NCBI GenBank assembly: GCA_963703275.1
Contig: OY969804.1
Location: 2,963,154-3,027,153 of the forward strand
Length of the DNA stretch: 64,000 bases
Direction of reading: 5' to 3'
Origin: an uncultured Actinomycetes bacterium
Lineage (GTDB): Bacteria > Actinomycetota > Thermoleophilia > Gaiellales > JAICJC01
Part shown: positions 27,224 through 36,754 of the stretch, in pieces
Layout: each line of letters starts with the position of its first letter
How positions within the stretch are numbered: position 1 is the first letter of the stretch
Program-made: the position numbers and the translations under genes
Notes under the pieces: model-generated
What the model saw: only the letters and a program-made list of their open reading frames with translations
The model's database searches: none
Told to the model about the DNA's origin: nothing

Positions 27224-28693
27224 CTATCCGTCGACGAGGAGCCCCTGAACGGGGCCGAGCAGGCGCGCGGTGTTGCGTGAGACATGGTCGAGTCGCATCA
27301 GTCGGTGGGTGAGCGGCCTGCCGTGGCGGTGGTGGTCGAGTTGCGCCTCCGCGATCGGGCGCCACCGGTGATCGATGATGTCGGTGGGGTCGCCATCGAT
27401 GTCTGCTGGTGTGCATTCGAGGTGCTCGGCCCACAGCGCGAGCCGGGTTCTGTGGGCGAGGCTCGGATCGTGGGTGACAACGTTCAGCTCGGTGTCGTTG
27501 AAGAGGGAGTGGTCGTTCAGGTTCGCAGACCCGATCGTCAACCAGCGATCATCCACGATCCCGATCTTGGCGTGCACGTAGATCGGATCGGCGGTGAGGC
27601 CGGCGCGGGCGAACAGGCAACAGGCAAGCACCCGGCCGTGTCCACGGTCGGCCGCGATCAGCTCTGCAAGCGCTCCACGCGTGTCATCGCCTCCCCCCTT
27701 GGGCTTCACCGGCAGTACGAGCACGATCCGGAATCGGTCGCTTGGCGGCCGGCGAAGCTTCTCTCGCAGCACTGCGACAATTTCGGGTGACCACAGGTAC
27801 TGCGTCTCGAGGTAGATCAGGCTCTCGGCCGAGCGAAGCGCGCGCAGGTAGGACTCGAGCACGCCGAACGCTCCCCGCGGCAGCGCCGGATAGACGCCTT
27901 CCGGGCACGTTCCAACGAGCTGGGCGGCCACCGAGCCGGCGGGTTCGGAAGGCTGGGGCGACGCCAGTCGCTCGCCCGTAACCGCCTCCCAGCGCAGGTT
28001 GAAGTGTTCGGCCACGTCTGCCACCAACGGACCCCGGATCCGGGTCGTCGCGTCATGCCACCCCAACGCGGCGCGAGCGGGATGGCGCGACGAGTCGCGA
28101 CGATCGCCCGCGAGCGAGGTCATGTCGATGCCGCCCACAAACGCGACGCGATCGTCGATCACGATCGACTTCTCGTGGTGGCAATGAAGGGGCCTCTCCC
28201 GGCTATCGAGAGCGCACTGCACAACCCCGGCCGCCCGAAACTCGTCACGGACACCCCGCACCAACCTCCGCGACGGCGTAAACACCGGCAACGGCGCGCC
28301 CGCCCACAGAAGCACACGAACCTCGACCCGCGCCGCCGCCCCAACCAGCAGATCACGCACCACCACCGGCGGATCGCCCGCCACCAACACGAACCCCGGC
28401 GAGATAAACCATCCAGTCAAATGCACATGGGACGACGCCGCGCGGATCTCCTCCACCATCCGCGCCAGCGCGAACTCACCGTCAACCAGCACCTCCAACT
28501 CGTTCCCATGCCGCGGCGGCGGAGCATCATCCGCCCACCCGCCCGCCGGCGCCCCCAGCACCACACTGCCAACCCGCTCCAGCCGCCGCGCATGATGCCG
28601 ACGAACTCCCCAAGAGATACCCTCGCCCGCCACTCGATCGACCCTCGAAACCGCATCATCGACTCCCATACCCACCACCCTACGGCAAACCAA
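27224..28693 (-). CDS. phospholipase D / cardiolipin synthase-like protein (two HKD motifs)
   Basis: HKD motifs HCHHEKSIVIDDRVAFVGGIDMT and VHAKIGIVDDRWLTIGSANLNDHS. Confidence 0.8.
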   Translation of the reverse strand: MVCRRVVGMGVDDAVSRVDRVAGEGISWGVRRHHARRLERVGSVVLGAPAGGWADDAPPPRHGNELEVLVDGEFALARMVEEIRAASSHVHLTGWFISPGFVLVAGDPPVVVRDLLVGAAARVEVRVLLWAGAPLPVFTPSRRLVRGVRDEFRAAGVVQCALDSRERPLHCHHEKSIVIDDRVAFVGGIDMTSLAGDRRDSSRHPARAALGWHDATTRIRGPLVADVAEHFNLRWEAVTGERLASPQPSEPAGSVAAQLVGTCPEGVYPALPRGAFGVLESYLRALRSAESLIYLETQYLWSPEIVAVLREKLRRPPSDRFRIVLVLPVKPKGGGDDTRGALAELIAADRGHGRVLACCLFARAGLTADPIYVHAKIGIVDDRWLTIGSANLNDHSLFNDTELNVVTHDPSLAHRTRLALWAEHLECTPADIDGDPTDIIDHRWRPIAEAQLDHHRHGRPLTHRLMRLDHVSRNTARLLGPVQGLLVDG

Positions 28694-28753
28694 ACCGCTA
28701 ACTCGACCACCATTGGACTGCCGCAGCGATGACGACTCCGCCGGGAGCAGGTT

Positions 28754-31077
28754 CTAGGTCACGGGCAGGGTGACGGCCTCGCGCGTCGCCCTCTCTCCAG
28801 TCCGGAGGCGTTTGCCCGGCCAGCCACTGGCTTCCCCAAAAAGTGCGATCAGGGCCGGGGCGAGGAGGGAGCGCACGACGAAGGTTTCGAGCAGGAGTCC
28901 GACGACCATTGCGAAGGCGACCTCGCGGAAGGAGCGCACGGGGATGACGGCGATGACGGCGAAGCTGGCGGCGAGGGTGATGCCGGCGGTGCGGATGGTG
29001 CGGGCGGCGCTTGGGGAGGCGATCGCGATTGCTTCGCGGAGCGGCCGGAGGCGTGCTTCCTGCCAGATCCTGCCAACGACGAAGACGTTGTAGTCCGAGC
29101 CGAGTGAGATCAGCAGCACGGCCACGGCGAAGGGCACGTAATACGCGAGCTGGTGATAGCCGAGGAGCGTCTGGAACACCCAGGTTGTGATGCCGAGCGC
29201 CGCCGCGACGGCTCCGACGCTGGAGAGCAGCAGGAAGACGGGGGCGGTGATGCCTCCCAGAAAGATGATCAGAAGCAAGAGGTTGACGGCGAGGACGACC
29301 GCCGAGACGCGCAGGATGTCGCTATGAATGGTTGTGACGGTGTCGTCGGCGATGGCGGTGTCCCCGGCGAAACTGATCCGGGCCGATCTCAGGCCGGCGC
29401 CGGCCGCCAGGGAGGGCATCGCGGCTTGCAGACGCTGCAGGTCATGGATCCCGGACGCGGACAGGGGATCGTCTCGGAAGATCACGACGATCCGCGCGGC
29501 GTTGCCGCCCGGGGCAAGGAAGACGCCGAATCGAGCCGGAGTTGGTTGTTCGCGGGGGCCGAGAACACCGGCGACGCCCGGCCGGCGCTCGATCTCCGAC
29601 TCCAGACGAGAGAGGCGGGTGTGGAAGAACCCCGCCGCTACACCGCGGCCTTGGACCAGGACGGTCGTGGGGTCGAGGATGCCGGGCGCGAACCCGCGCG
29701 ACGCGTTCTGTGCGGCCCGCTGAGGCGCCGAACTTTTGGGCAGATCGCTGATCTGGCCGAACCCGAGCCGGAGATCGCGAAGCTGACTTGCTCCGACCGC
29801 GAGCAGGGCGATGCACGCGATCGCCGTCACCGCGGCCACCGGGCGACTGGTCATTCGGTACGCGATCCGATAGCGCCGCGAGGCGGTGGGCGCCGGCGTG
29901 TCGGCGCCAGCGTCGGTAGGCACCCGCGGCCAGTACGCGAAGCGGCCGAGGACCGCGAGCAGTGCGGGCAGCAGCGTCAGCGACACCACCAGCGCCACGG
30001 CAACCGTCAGTGCGAGTGCGGGGCCGAGGTTTCGGAAGAACGAAAGGCTGGAGACGAGCAGGCCAAGCAGGCCGCAGCTGAGGATCAGGCCGCTGGTGAG
30101 GATGATCGGCGAGAACTCAGCGGTCGTCGTGCGCACGGAGGCGTGAGCCGATCATCGCCCGCGACTCGCCGTCTGCGCACGCCCGAGAGGAAGAAGATCG
30201 AGTAGTCGGTGACGATCCCGAGCAGGAGCGCGACAATCACCGGGTCAAGCTCCTGAGGAACGTCGATACCGAACCTGCGGCTCAACTGGTTGAGTCCCAC
30301 CAGCGTGATCGGGAAGGCAACGCCGATCGCCGCCATCGGCACCAGCGGCGCCACCAACGAGCGATAGCTGACCGCCACAATCACGATGATCAGCGCCGCC
30401 GTGAGCAACTCGATCACGTTCAGATCGTGGTCGATCAGGACTCCCTGCGCGACCTGGCCAGGCACCGCGCCCGTCAGGCCCGCTGGCCGCCCGGTCGCCC
30501 GTGCCAGCGCAGCAGCATACCGGTGGGCCGAGGCGATCTGGGCATTCACCGGCATGCTCTGCGGGTAGTACAGAAACGTCACCGCCGTCGTGCCCGACTC
30601 GCGCGACCCCGGCACCAACCGCAGCGTGTCGACCAGCGGAAGCGCAAACGCCGGCCTCGAACCCTCTTGCGTCGCCCGACGATCAACAGCAAGCGCTTGC
30701 GAGAACACCGCGGCATGCGCCCCCGCCGACAACCCACCCGGATCCCGCACCACCACCGCAAACTCCGACCCCGCCGGCACCTTAAAAATCCGAAGCGACG
30801 TCGCAAGCGCCCTCAACGCCGGAGCGTTCCCCGGAATCAACTGAACCACCGGCCCACTCGAAGATCCAAACGACGGCAGATGCACAACCGCCAATCCCGC
30901 CACCACCAACCACACCAACAGCAGCGGCACCCGCAACCACACCACCACCGTCCCATACAAACGGGGACCGCGACCAACCCGGAGGCGTCGCCGACGCGTC
31001 ACCGACGATGATCCCGATTGTGATGGCAGCCCGGACACTGAGACCACCACTACCCCGCAGACGCATCTGCTAACCAC
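28754..31077 (-). pseudogene. MMPL family (RND superfamily) lipid/metabolite transporter, split by a frameshift near 30137-30151
   Basis: N-terminal ORF 30085-31077 ends just after IVTDYSIFFLSGVRRRR. The sequence continues in another frame (28754-30151) as SVRTTTAEFSPIILTSGLIL...LLPALLAVLGRFAYWP. Together they make one MMPL. Confidence 0.7.
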
Positions 31078-31278
31078 CGCGGGAGTCGCCAGACATCGAG
31101 TACGGACGCTCCCGTCAGGGACGATGGGCCGGAGGTTCTCGCCGTCGTCGTTGCCTGGCTGTCGCGGCGTCCGCCGATCGCTCGATCGACGAACCGGTTG
31201 GGGTGGACGTGTTTGTCGGGCGTCGCCGGGTGGAATGAAGGTGTTGGTGAGTATGCACTCGGCGATGGGAGGATCCCG

Positions 31279-31833
31279 ATGGGGTGGACAATTGCGGCGG
31301 CCGTGGCGGTTGCGGTCGTTGTGGTCGTGGTGAGCGGGGTTGTATGGGCGAGCGCGCGGCGGACGCGCGAGTTGCAGCGCCAGTTCGGACCTGAGTACGG
31401 GCGTACGGTCGCAACGGTGGGCGAGCAGCAGGAGGCCGAGGAGGAGCTGCGACGGAGGACGAAACGTCGCGAGCAGTTGACCATCCTCCCGCTGTCAGAG
31501 AGTGACCAACGAGCCTTCTCGCAGCGATGGGAGGCGACGCAAGCGAGATTCGTGGATACACCGGCAATCGCAGTCGAGGACGCCGATCGGTTGATCAGCG
31601 ACGTGATGACCGTGCGCGGGTATCCCGTCGAGAACTTTGAACAGCAGGCAGCGGATGTGTCGGTCGACCATCCGGAGGTGGTGGCTGAATATCGGGCTGG
31701 CCATCGCCTCGCCGGGGCCAATGGGCCGCAACAGGCAAGCACGGAGGATCTCCGCCGAGCGATCGTTCACTATCGAGCGCTTTTCAAAGCCTTGGTGACC
31801 GACACCGACAAACAATCGGAGGCACGTCAATGA
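31279..31833 (+). CDS. hypothetical N-terminally anchored protein (paralogue A)
   Basis: ATG 31279 after GGGAGG. TM IAAAVAVAVVVVVVSGVVW. Shares SQRWEATQARFVDTP...EDADRLISDVM and STEDLRRAIVHYRALF with the next gene. Confidence 0.55.
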   Translation: MGWTIAAAVAVAVVVVVVSGVVWASARRTRELQRQFGPEYGRTVATVGEQQEAEEELRRRTKRREQLTILPLSESDQRAFSQRWEATQARFVDTPAIAVEDADRLISDVMTVRGYPVENFEQQAADVSVDHPEVVAEYRAGHRLAGANGPQQASTEDLRRAIVHYRALFKALVTDTDKQSEARQ

Positions 31834-32264
31834 CCGACCAGAGACACCTGACCACGAGCGATCTCGCCGCGGTCCCGTCACGCGATAGCCGCCCCGACTC
31901 GGGCGACTCGTCTTCCACTCCTCAGCTGGTCGGTGAAGCCGGCCCAGCCGCGGATGCCGGCGACGAACCCCGATCATCGCGGCCACAAGTCGACTCGTTC
32001 GAGTTGCTTGATAGAACTGATCGCGAGAGCTTTCATGACCGCTGGCGGAGGATCCAGATTGGTTTCGTTGACGACCCGCGAGAGTCCGTCGAACATGCAG
32101 ATGCACTCGTCGCCGAGGCCATGAGGCGCCTGGCCGAGATCTTCGCCCAAGAGCGCCAGAGCCTCGAGGCGCAATGGGGAGAAGGCACCAGCGTGAGCAC
32201 CGAAGATCTCCGGGTCGCGCTGCAACGCTACCGAGCCTTCTTCCAACGCCTACTCGTCGTCTAG
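31830..32264 (+). CDS. hypothetical protein (paralogue B)
   Basis: ATGA overlap with the upstream gene. HDRWRRIQIGFVDDP...EHADALVAEAM and STEDLRVALQRYRAFF parallel paralogue A. Confidence 0.55.
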   Translation: MTDQRHLTTSDLAAVPSRDSRPDSGDSSSTPQLVGEAGPAADAGDEPRSSRPQVDSFELLDRTDRESFHDRWRRIQIGFVDDPRESVEHADALVAEAMRRLAEIFAQERQSLEAQWGEGTSVSTEDLRVALQRYRAFFQRLLVV

Positions 32265-32444
32265 CCCATCCAGCACGCGCCGCGATACCCCAGAGCCCGC
32301 GCAGGAAGACGGGCGAGGCGCCGCCTTGAGGTGCGCCTTGCGGGTGGCGGAGCCTGATCCTGGCGCGCGACGTCTTCATCGACAACACCGTCTTGCTGCG
32401 ACGCCTTCGCCTGGGCGTCTTCCTCTCCAGCGCGGCCGTGCGAA

Positions 32445-33560
32445 ATGGTGGGATCGAACCGGGCCTCTTTCGGGTGGCACCTTATCTGGGATGGTGGTTG
32501 TGCCGATAGACACTGGGTGTGGCTGCACCGACGGAGCGGTTTGAACTTGCCTGACTCGATCGTCGATGGCGTGCTGGTTCGGGTGGCGTTGGAGCTGGCC
32601 GAACCGACGACCGTCGAGGGCGTGTTGGACACCCTGGCGCGCGAGTTGACTGGGGCGGTTGCGCGTGCATCAGAGTGCACCATCTCGACGTGGGATCCGA
32701 TCGGCGACCAGTTGGTGGTGGCGGCCGTCGGCTACGCCGATGAGTGGCCCGAGGAAGATGAGCATGGCAAGCGGTACGCGTTGGGTGACTACCCTGGCCT
32801 GCGAGACCTCCTCCACCGCCATGGCGGCTACGTGCAGTATCGCGCGTCGGACCCGAGTCTTCCGGAGCGGGTGCGTGCGCAGTTGGCCGAGTGGGGGTGG
32901 CAGACGTGGTTGTCGGTTCCGCTGATCGTGGGCGGCGACGCGGTCGGTGTCATCGAGGTGGTCGACTACCGGTCAAGCGAGGCCTGGTCGGCGGCGGACG
33001 TACGCTCGTGCCAGGCGTTGGCGAGCTTGGCTGCGGTGTCGGTGCGAAACGCCCAATTGGTGGCGGAACTGCGCGACCTCGCCGACAGAGACCCGCTAAC
33101 TGGATTGCTCAACCACCGTGCCTTCTACCAAGCGCTCGAGCAGCAACACGCCCAGTCGTTGCGAACCGGTGAGCCGCTGGCCGTGCTTGTTGCAGACCTC
33201 GACGAGTTCAAAGCGCAGAACGACCATTACGGGCACTTGTACGGCGATGAAACCCTCCGCCGTGCTGCACAGGTCATCGTCGGCCTCACGCGTCCTGGCG
33301 ACATCGCTGGCCGTATTGGAGGAGACGAGTTCGCCGTGGTGCTTCCAAACGCGGCCACGACCGACGTCGAAACGATCGCGCATCGCCTCGTCATCGGCCT
33401 GCAGGACTCGGCCGGCCTCTCCGCGTCGGTCGGCATCACCCTTAGCCCCACCCCCAACAGCAGCCAGTCACACTTGGACATCGTCGAGGGCGCCGACCAC
33501 GCACTCCGCGTCGCCAAGCACACCGGTAAAGGCGGCGTCCGCATCGCAGACGCCGCCTAG
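32445..33560 (+). CDS. GAF-domain diguanylate cyclase (GGDEF)
   Basis: RDPLTGLLNHRAF, active site GGDEF, and I-site RPGD five residues upstream. N-terminal GAF-like region. Start uncertain. Confidence 0.85.
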   Translation: MVGSNRASFGWHLIWDGGCADRHWVWLHRRSGLNLPDSIVDGVLVRVALELAEPTTVEGVLDTLARELTGAVARASECTISTWDPIGDQLVVAAVGYADEWPEEDEHGKRYALGDYPGLRDLLHRHGGYVQYRASDPSLPERVRAQLAEWGWQTWLSVPLIVGGDAVGVIEVVDYRSSEAWSAADVRSCQALASLAAVSVRNAQLVAELRDLADRDPLTGLLNHRAFYQALEQQHAQSLRTGEPLAVLVADLDEFKAQNDHYGHLYGDETLRRAAQVIVGLTRPGDIAGRIGGDEFAVVLPNAATTDVETIAHRLVIGLQDSAGLSASVGITLSPTPNSSQSHLDIVEGADHALRVAKHTGKGGVRIADAA

Positions 33561-33991
33561 CCACGAGGAACTGCCAACCTTACGGCTGGCTCGTGGACAA
33601 GGACAAGACGCCTCGCAGCCGGGCATCCTAAGATCCGGCGCAGCGAGCACGGTTCGTCCGCCCGCGAGAGCGGGGCATACCGTGCCAACGGAACGATCGA
33701 CTGACGAGGTCGATGGCGAGCGTCGCCTCGGCCCGACCGATCATCGCGTCGATGGCGACGTCCAGCGCCGCCTCGTAGGCCGCGCCGGCGAGAAAGGGGT
33801 GTGGCAGGGCCAGCGGCCGAGCCGGAGCAGATCACCGTCTGCGTCTGCCGTCTTCACTGGGTCACGCTCCCGAAGGCCAGTGGCGAGCGGGAATATCCGA
33901 TTTACAATCGACATACCGACACAGGCCGCGCCGGCCGGTGCGGGCTGTGACCGAAGGCACGAGGGAGCCGTATGCCAGGTGGGAAGCGTCC

Positions 33992-35863
33992 ATGAGCGTC
34001 GGAGAAGGCGTGTCCAAGCAGGATGAGCGATGGCCGATCGCCGCACGCGCGATCGCCCACCTGAAGAACGGGCACGCGGGGGTGATGCTGCTGCGCGGTG
34101 CGATTCTCGTCGGCGCCACGGTCGCATCTTTGGTGATGGTCACGCCCGGTCCCGCGGCCGGTTCACCGCCGGGTCGCGTTGGCCACGATCCGCGCGGAAC
34201 GAGCGGGGCCGGTCGGGCATCGCCGGCGCACAAGCCCCGGCCGGCCGCACCGCCAGTCCACCGCTTCGGCAAGATGTTCCCGAAGCTGCCGCCGTTCCGG
34301 TTCTCCGCGCAGGCGGCGGCTGATCTCGTGGCCACAATGGAGGACCGAACGCCGGACCCCGCCGGCGCAGACGAGGGCTCGGCGCAGGACAGCCCAGATC
34401 TACCAGCCGAATACACCTATCTCGGCCAATTCCTGGATCACAATCTCGATTTCGACACCACACCCCAGCCCACCGCGCCGGTCAACCCCGACACCGTGGT
34501 CAACCACGAGTCGTTCCGATGGGATCTCAACGATGTCTTCGGCGGCGGGCCGACCGTCGACCCGCAGCTGTACGCGGCGGATCACAAGCACCTGCTGATC
34601 CAGGGCACGGTCTTGGCCCCGAATCGCGACGGCCGGACGGTCGTGGAGAACGGGAACCCCAACGGTGTGCTCGACCTGGCGCGCGCGCCCGACGGGACCG
34701 CGATCATTGCCGACCCGCGCGACGACGAAAACCAGATCATCAGCCAGATCGACACGGCGTTCATCACCTTCTACAACCACTTCGTCAACAGGGGAGCGTC
34801 CTACGTTCGGGCGCGAAGGCTGACGGAGAACTACTACCAAGATATCGTCCTCACAGACGTTCTGCCGCATTACGTCGGCTGGGCCGAGATCCACAAGTAC
34901 CTGCACTCACGCACCGTCAACGGTCACGCCGTCTACACCGTCCACACGCCCAACTTCCCGGTTGGAAACTTCGATCCGATCGAGTTCAGCGTCGGCGCGT
35001 ACCGGTTCGGTCACGCCCTCGTGCGAGAGGAGTACCACATCAACGACATCCTCCCCGACGGCACCGACATCGACGACAACGTGGACATCTTCAACCTCGA
35101 CACCTTCCAACTCGGCGACCTCACTGGCGGTGGCGAGCTGCCCGGCCCGGACCCATCCTCCACAGCATGCGGTGTCGATGACCCAGTCGCGATCGAGGCG
35201 ACCTGCGGGCTTGACGACCCGGCCGGTCATCAGATCGAGTGGAAGTACTTCGTCCCCGCCCTGAACGCCGCCCAGGCCGCGGACGGCCTACCGATCGACA
35301 TGGCATCCACCGGCTGTACCGGGGCGATCACTGGTCCTGGGTCGCCTGGCACGTATCGGTGCGGTGATACGGGCATCAACTTCGCCCGCAAAACCCAAAC
35401 GACAATCTCGCCGGCGCTGTTCAACTTGCCGGCGTCAACGATCCCGGGCTGCGCCGACGCCGCCAGCCCGGTCTGCAACGGCTCGGGTGACCTCGTCTCC
35501 CGGGACTTCGCGCGCGGCGAGGAATACGGCTTGGCGTCGGGCCAGGACATCGCCAGAGCCATGGGCTGCCACGTCATTCCTGCGGCATCGATCAATCCAA
35601 CAAGAGATAGCGTCTTCAACACCGGTACCCCATTGTTGTACTACGTGCTCGCTGAAGCCAAGCGAGAGAACCGGACACTTGGATGCGTCGGGGCCGGCAT
35701 CGTGGCCCAGGTCTTCCTCCGCGTCCTGTGGGACACCCCCCACTCAATCCTGCACAACGGCTTCAGGCCCAGCCCCGCTCTGATCCACATCGATCCCGAC
35801 AAGAAGCACTTCTCGTTCGGAGACCTGCTCGTGGACACCGGCATCGCGCCCCGACTGTCGTAG
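33992..35863 (+). CDS. secreted haem peroxidase of the animal-peroxidase (peroxidase-cyclooxygenase) superfamily
   Basis: Distal-His motif YLGQFLDHNLDFD and proximal-His motif AYRFGHALVREEY. Signal-like MLLRGAILVGATVASLVMVTPGPAAG if the start is ATG 34085. Confidence 0.8.
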   Translation: MSVGEGVSKQDERWPIAARAIAHLKNGHAGVMLLRGAILVGATVASLVMVTPGPAAGSPPGRVGHDPRGTSGAGRASPAHKPRPAAPPVHRFGKMFPKLPPFRFSAQAAADLVATMEDRTPDPAGADEGSAQDSPDLPAEYTYLGQFLDHNLDFDTTPQPTAPVNPDTVVNHESFRWDLNDVFGGGPTVDPQLYAADHKHLLIQGTVLAPNRDGRTVVENGNPNGVLDLARAPDGTAIIADPRDDENQIISQIDTAFITFYNHFVNRGASYVRARRLTENYYQDIVLTDVLPHYVGWAEIHKYLHSRTVNGHAVYTVHTPNFPVGNFDPIEFSVGAYRFGHALVREEYHINDILPDGTDIDDNVDIFNLDTFQLGDLTGGGELPGPDPSSTACGVDDPVAIEATCGLDDPAGHQIEWKYFVPALNAAQAADGLPIDMASTGCTGAITGPGSPGTYRCGDTGINFARKTQTTISPALFNLPASTIPGCADAASPVCNGSGDLVSRDFARGEEYGLASGQDIARAMGCHVIPAASINPTRDSVFNTGTPLLYYVLAEAKRENRTLGCVGAGIVAQVFLRVLWDTPHSILHNGFRPSPALIHIDPDKKHFSFGDLLVDTGIAPRLS

Positions 35864-36016
35864 CAGCCGCCTCACCGATGACCGTGTGCCTCCTGTACGC
35901 CCACCCTCGTCAGCGCATGGTGGGTACGGGGCCGAGCGCAGTCGATCGTTGCATCTGCGCCGAACGAGGCGGAAAATCGAGACGCTCCTTCTGACCTCGC
36001 CGAAAGGGGAAGTGTC

Positions 36017-36685
36017 GTGACCGCTCCAGTCAATGCCCGCCGCCTTGCCGCGCTGGCAGGCGTCGCGTTCGTCATCCTCGACATCGCCGGAGGCGTCATC
36101 CACGGCAGTCCGCCGAGCCTGACCGCCTCTGCAGCGCAGATCACCCACTTCTATCGTGCCCACCACTCGGCAGTCATCGTCTCGCTACTCATGGCCGCGA
36201 TCGCGTCTGTGCTTCTGATTGTCTGGGCGGCGGTCTTGGCAGGCGAGTTGCGCACGGCCGGCCGGCGGGCAGCCGCGGGAGCGCTGCTCGCGTCGATGGC
36301 TGCCCTGGCCGCGGTCTCCGTACTGTCCGGAGGGATCGAGATCGGTGTCGCCCAGACCGCCGTGCACTCAACCAACCCGAGCTTCGTGAGTGGTGCCTAC
36401 AGTTGGGCTGCCAGTCTCAATTCGGCCCCGAGTCTGTTCGTCGCGCTCGCCGCGGCGGCGGTCGTCATCGATGGGCGAGGAGTCCTGCCGCGCTGGTTCA
36501 TCTGGCTAACTGCGGTGGTCGGTGTGTTCAACTTGCTCGGTGGAGTTGCCGTGGGCGCGTCGGGATTCTTCGCCTCAAACGACGGCGGCGCGATTGTGTT
36601 CGCGGGTCTCGCACTCTCGGTGTGGGCGCTCGCAGCCGGTTGGGTTCTTTGGCGGCTCCCCCTGATGTCGCCAAGCTCGCCCTAG
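36017..36685 (+). CDS. hypothetical polytopic membrane protein
   Basis: 222 aa with about 6 hydrophobic segments. GTG start after GAAAGGGGA. Confidence 0.5.
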   Translation: MTAPVNARRLAALAGVAFVILDIAGGVIHGSPPSLTASAAQITHFYRAHHSAVIVSLLMAAIASVLLIVWAAVLAGELRTAGRRAAAGALLASMAALAAVSVLSGGIEIGVAQTAVHSTNPSFVSGAYSWAASLNSAPSLFVALAAAAVVIDGRGVLPRWFIWLTAVVGVFNLLGGVAVGASGFFASNDGGAIVFAGLALSVWALAAGWVLWRLPLMSPSSP

Positions 36686-36754
36686 CCACGGGCGCCGGGC
36701 CACGCGGCATCGCCCAACGGGCCGAGACACAGCATTCCCTATGCTCAGGCAGAG

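Noticed and set aside
27224-28693. The PLD-family protein as a Nuc-like defence nuclease.
   Set aside because: It has two HKD motifs in one chain of about 490 aa and is linked to an MMPL lipid transporter. Both fit a phospholipid enzyme better than a single-HKD nuclease.
33628-33800. Coding-like minus-strand stretch LPHPFLAGAAYEAALDVAIDAMIGRAEATLAIDLV in the gap between the GGDEF and peroxidase genes.
   Set aside because: It has no start codon after the upstream in-frame TGA and no recognisable motif. It may be a gene remnant but cannot be supported as a feature.
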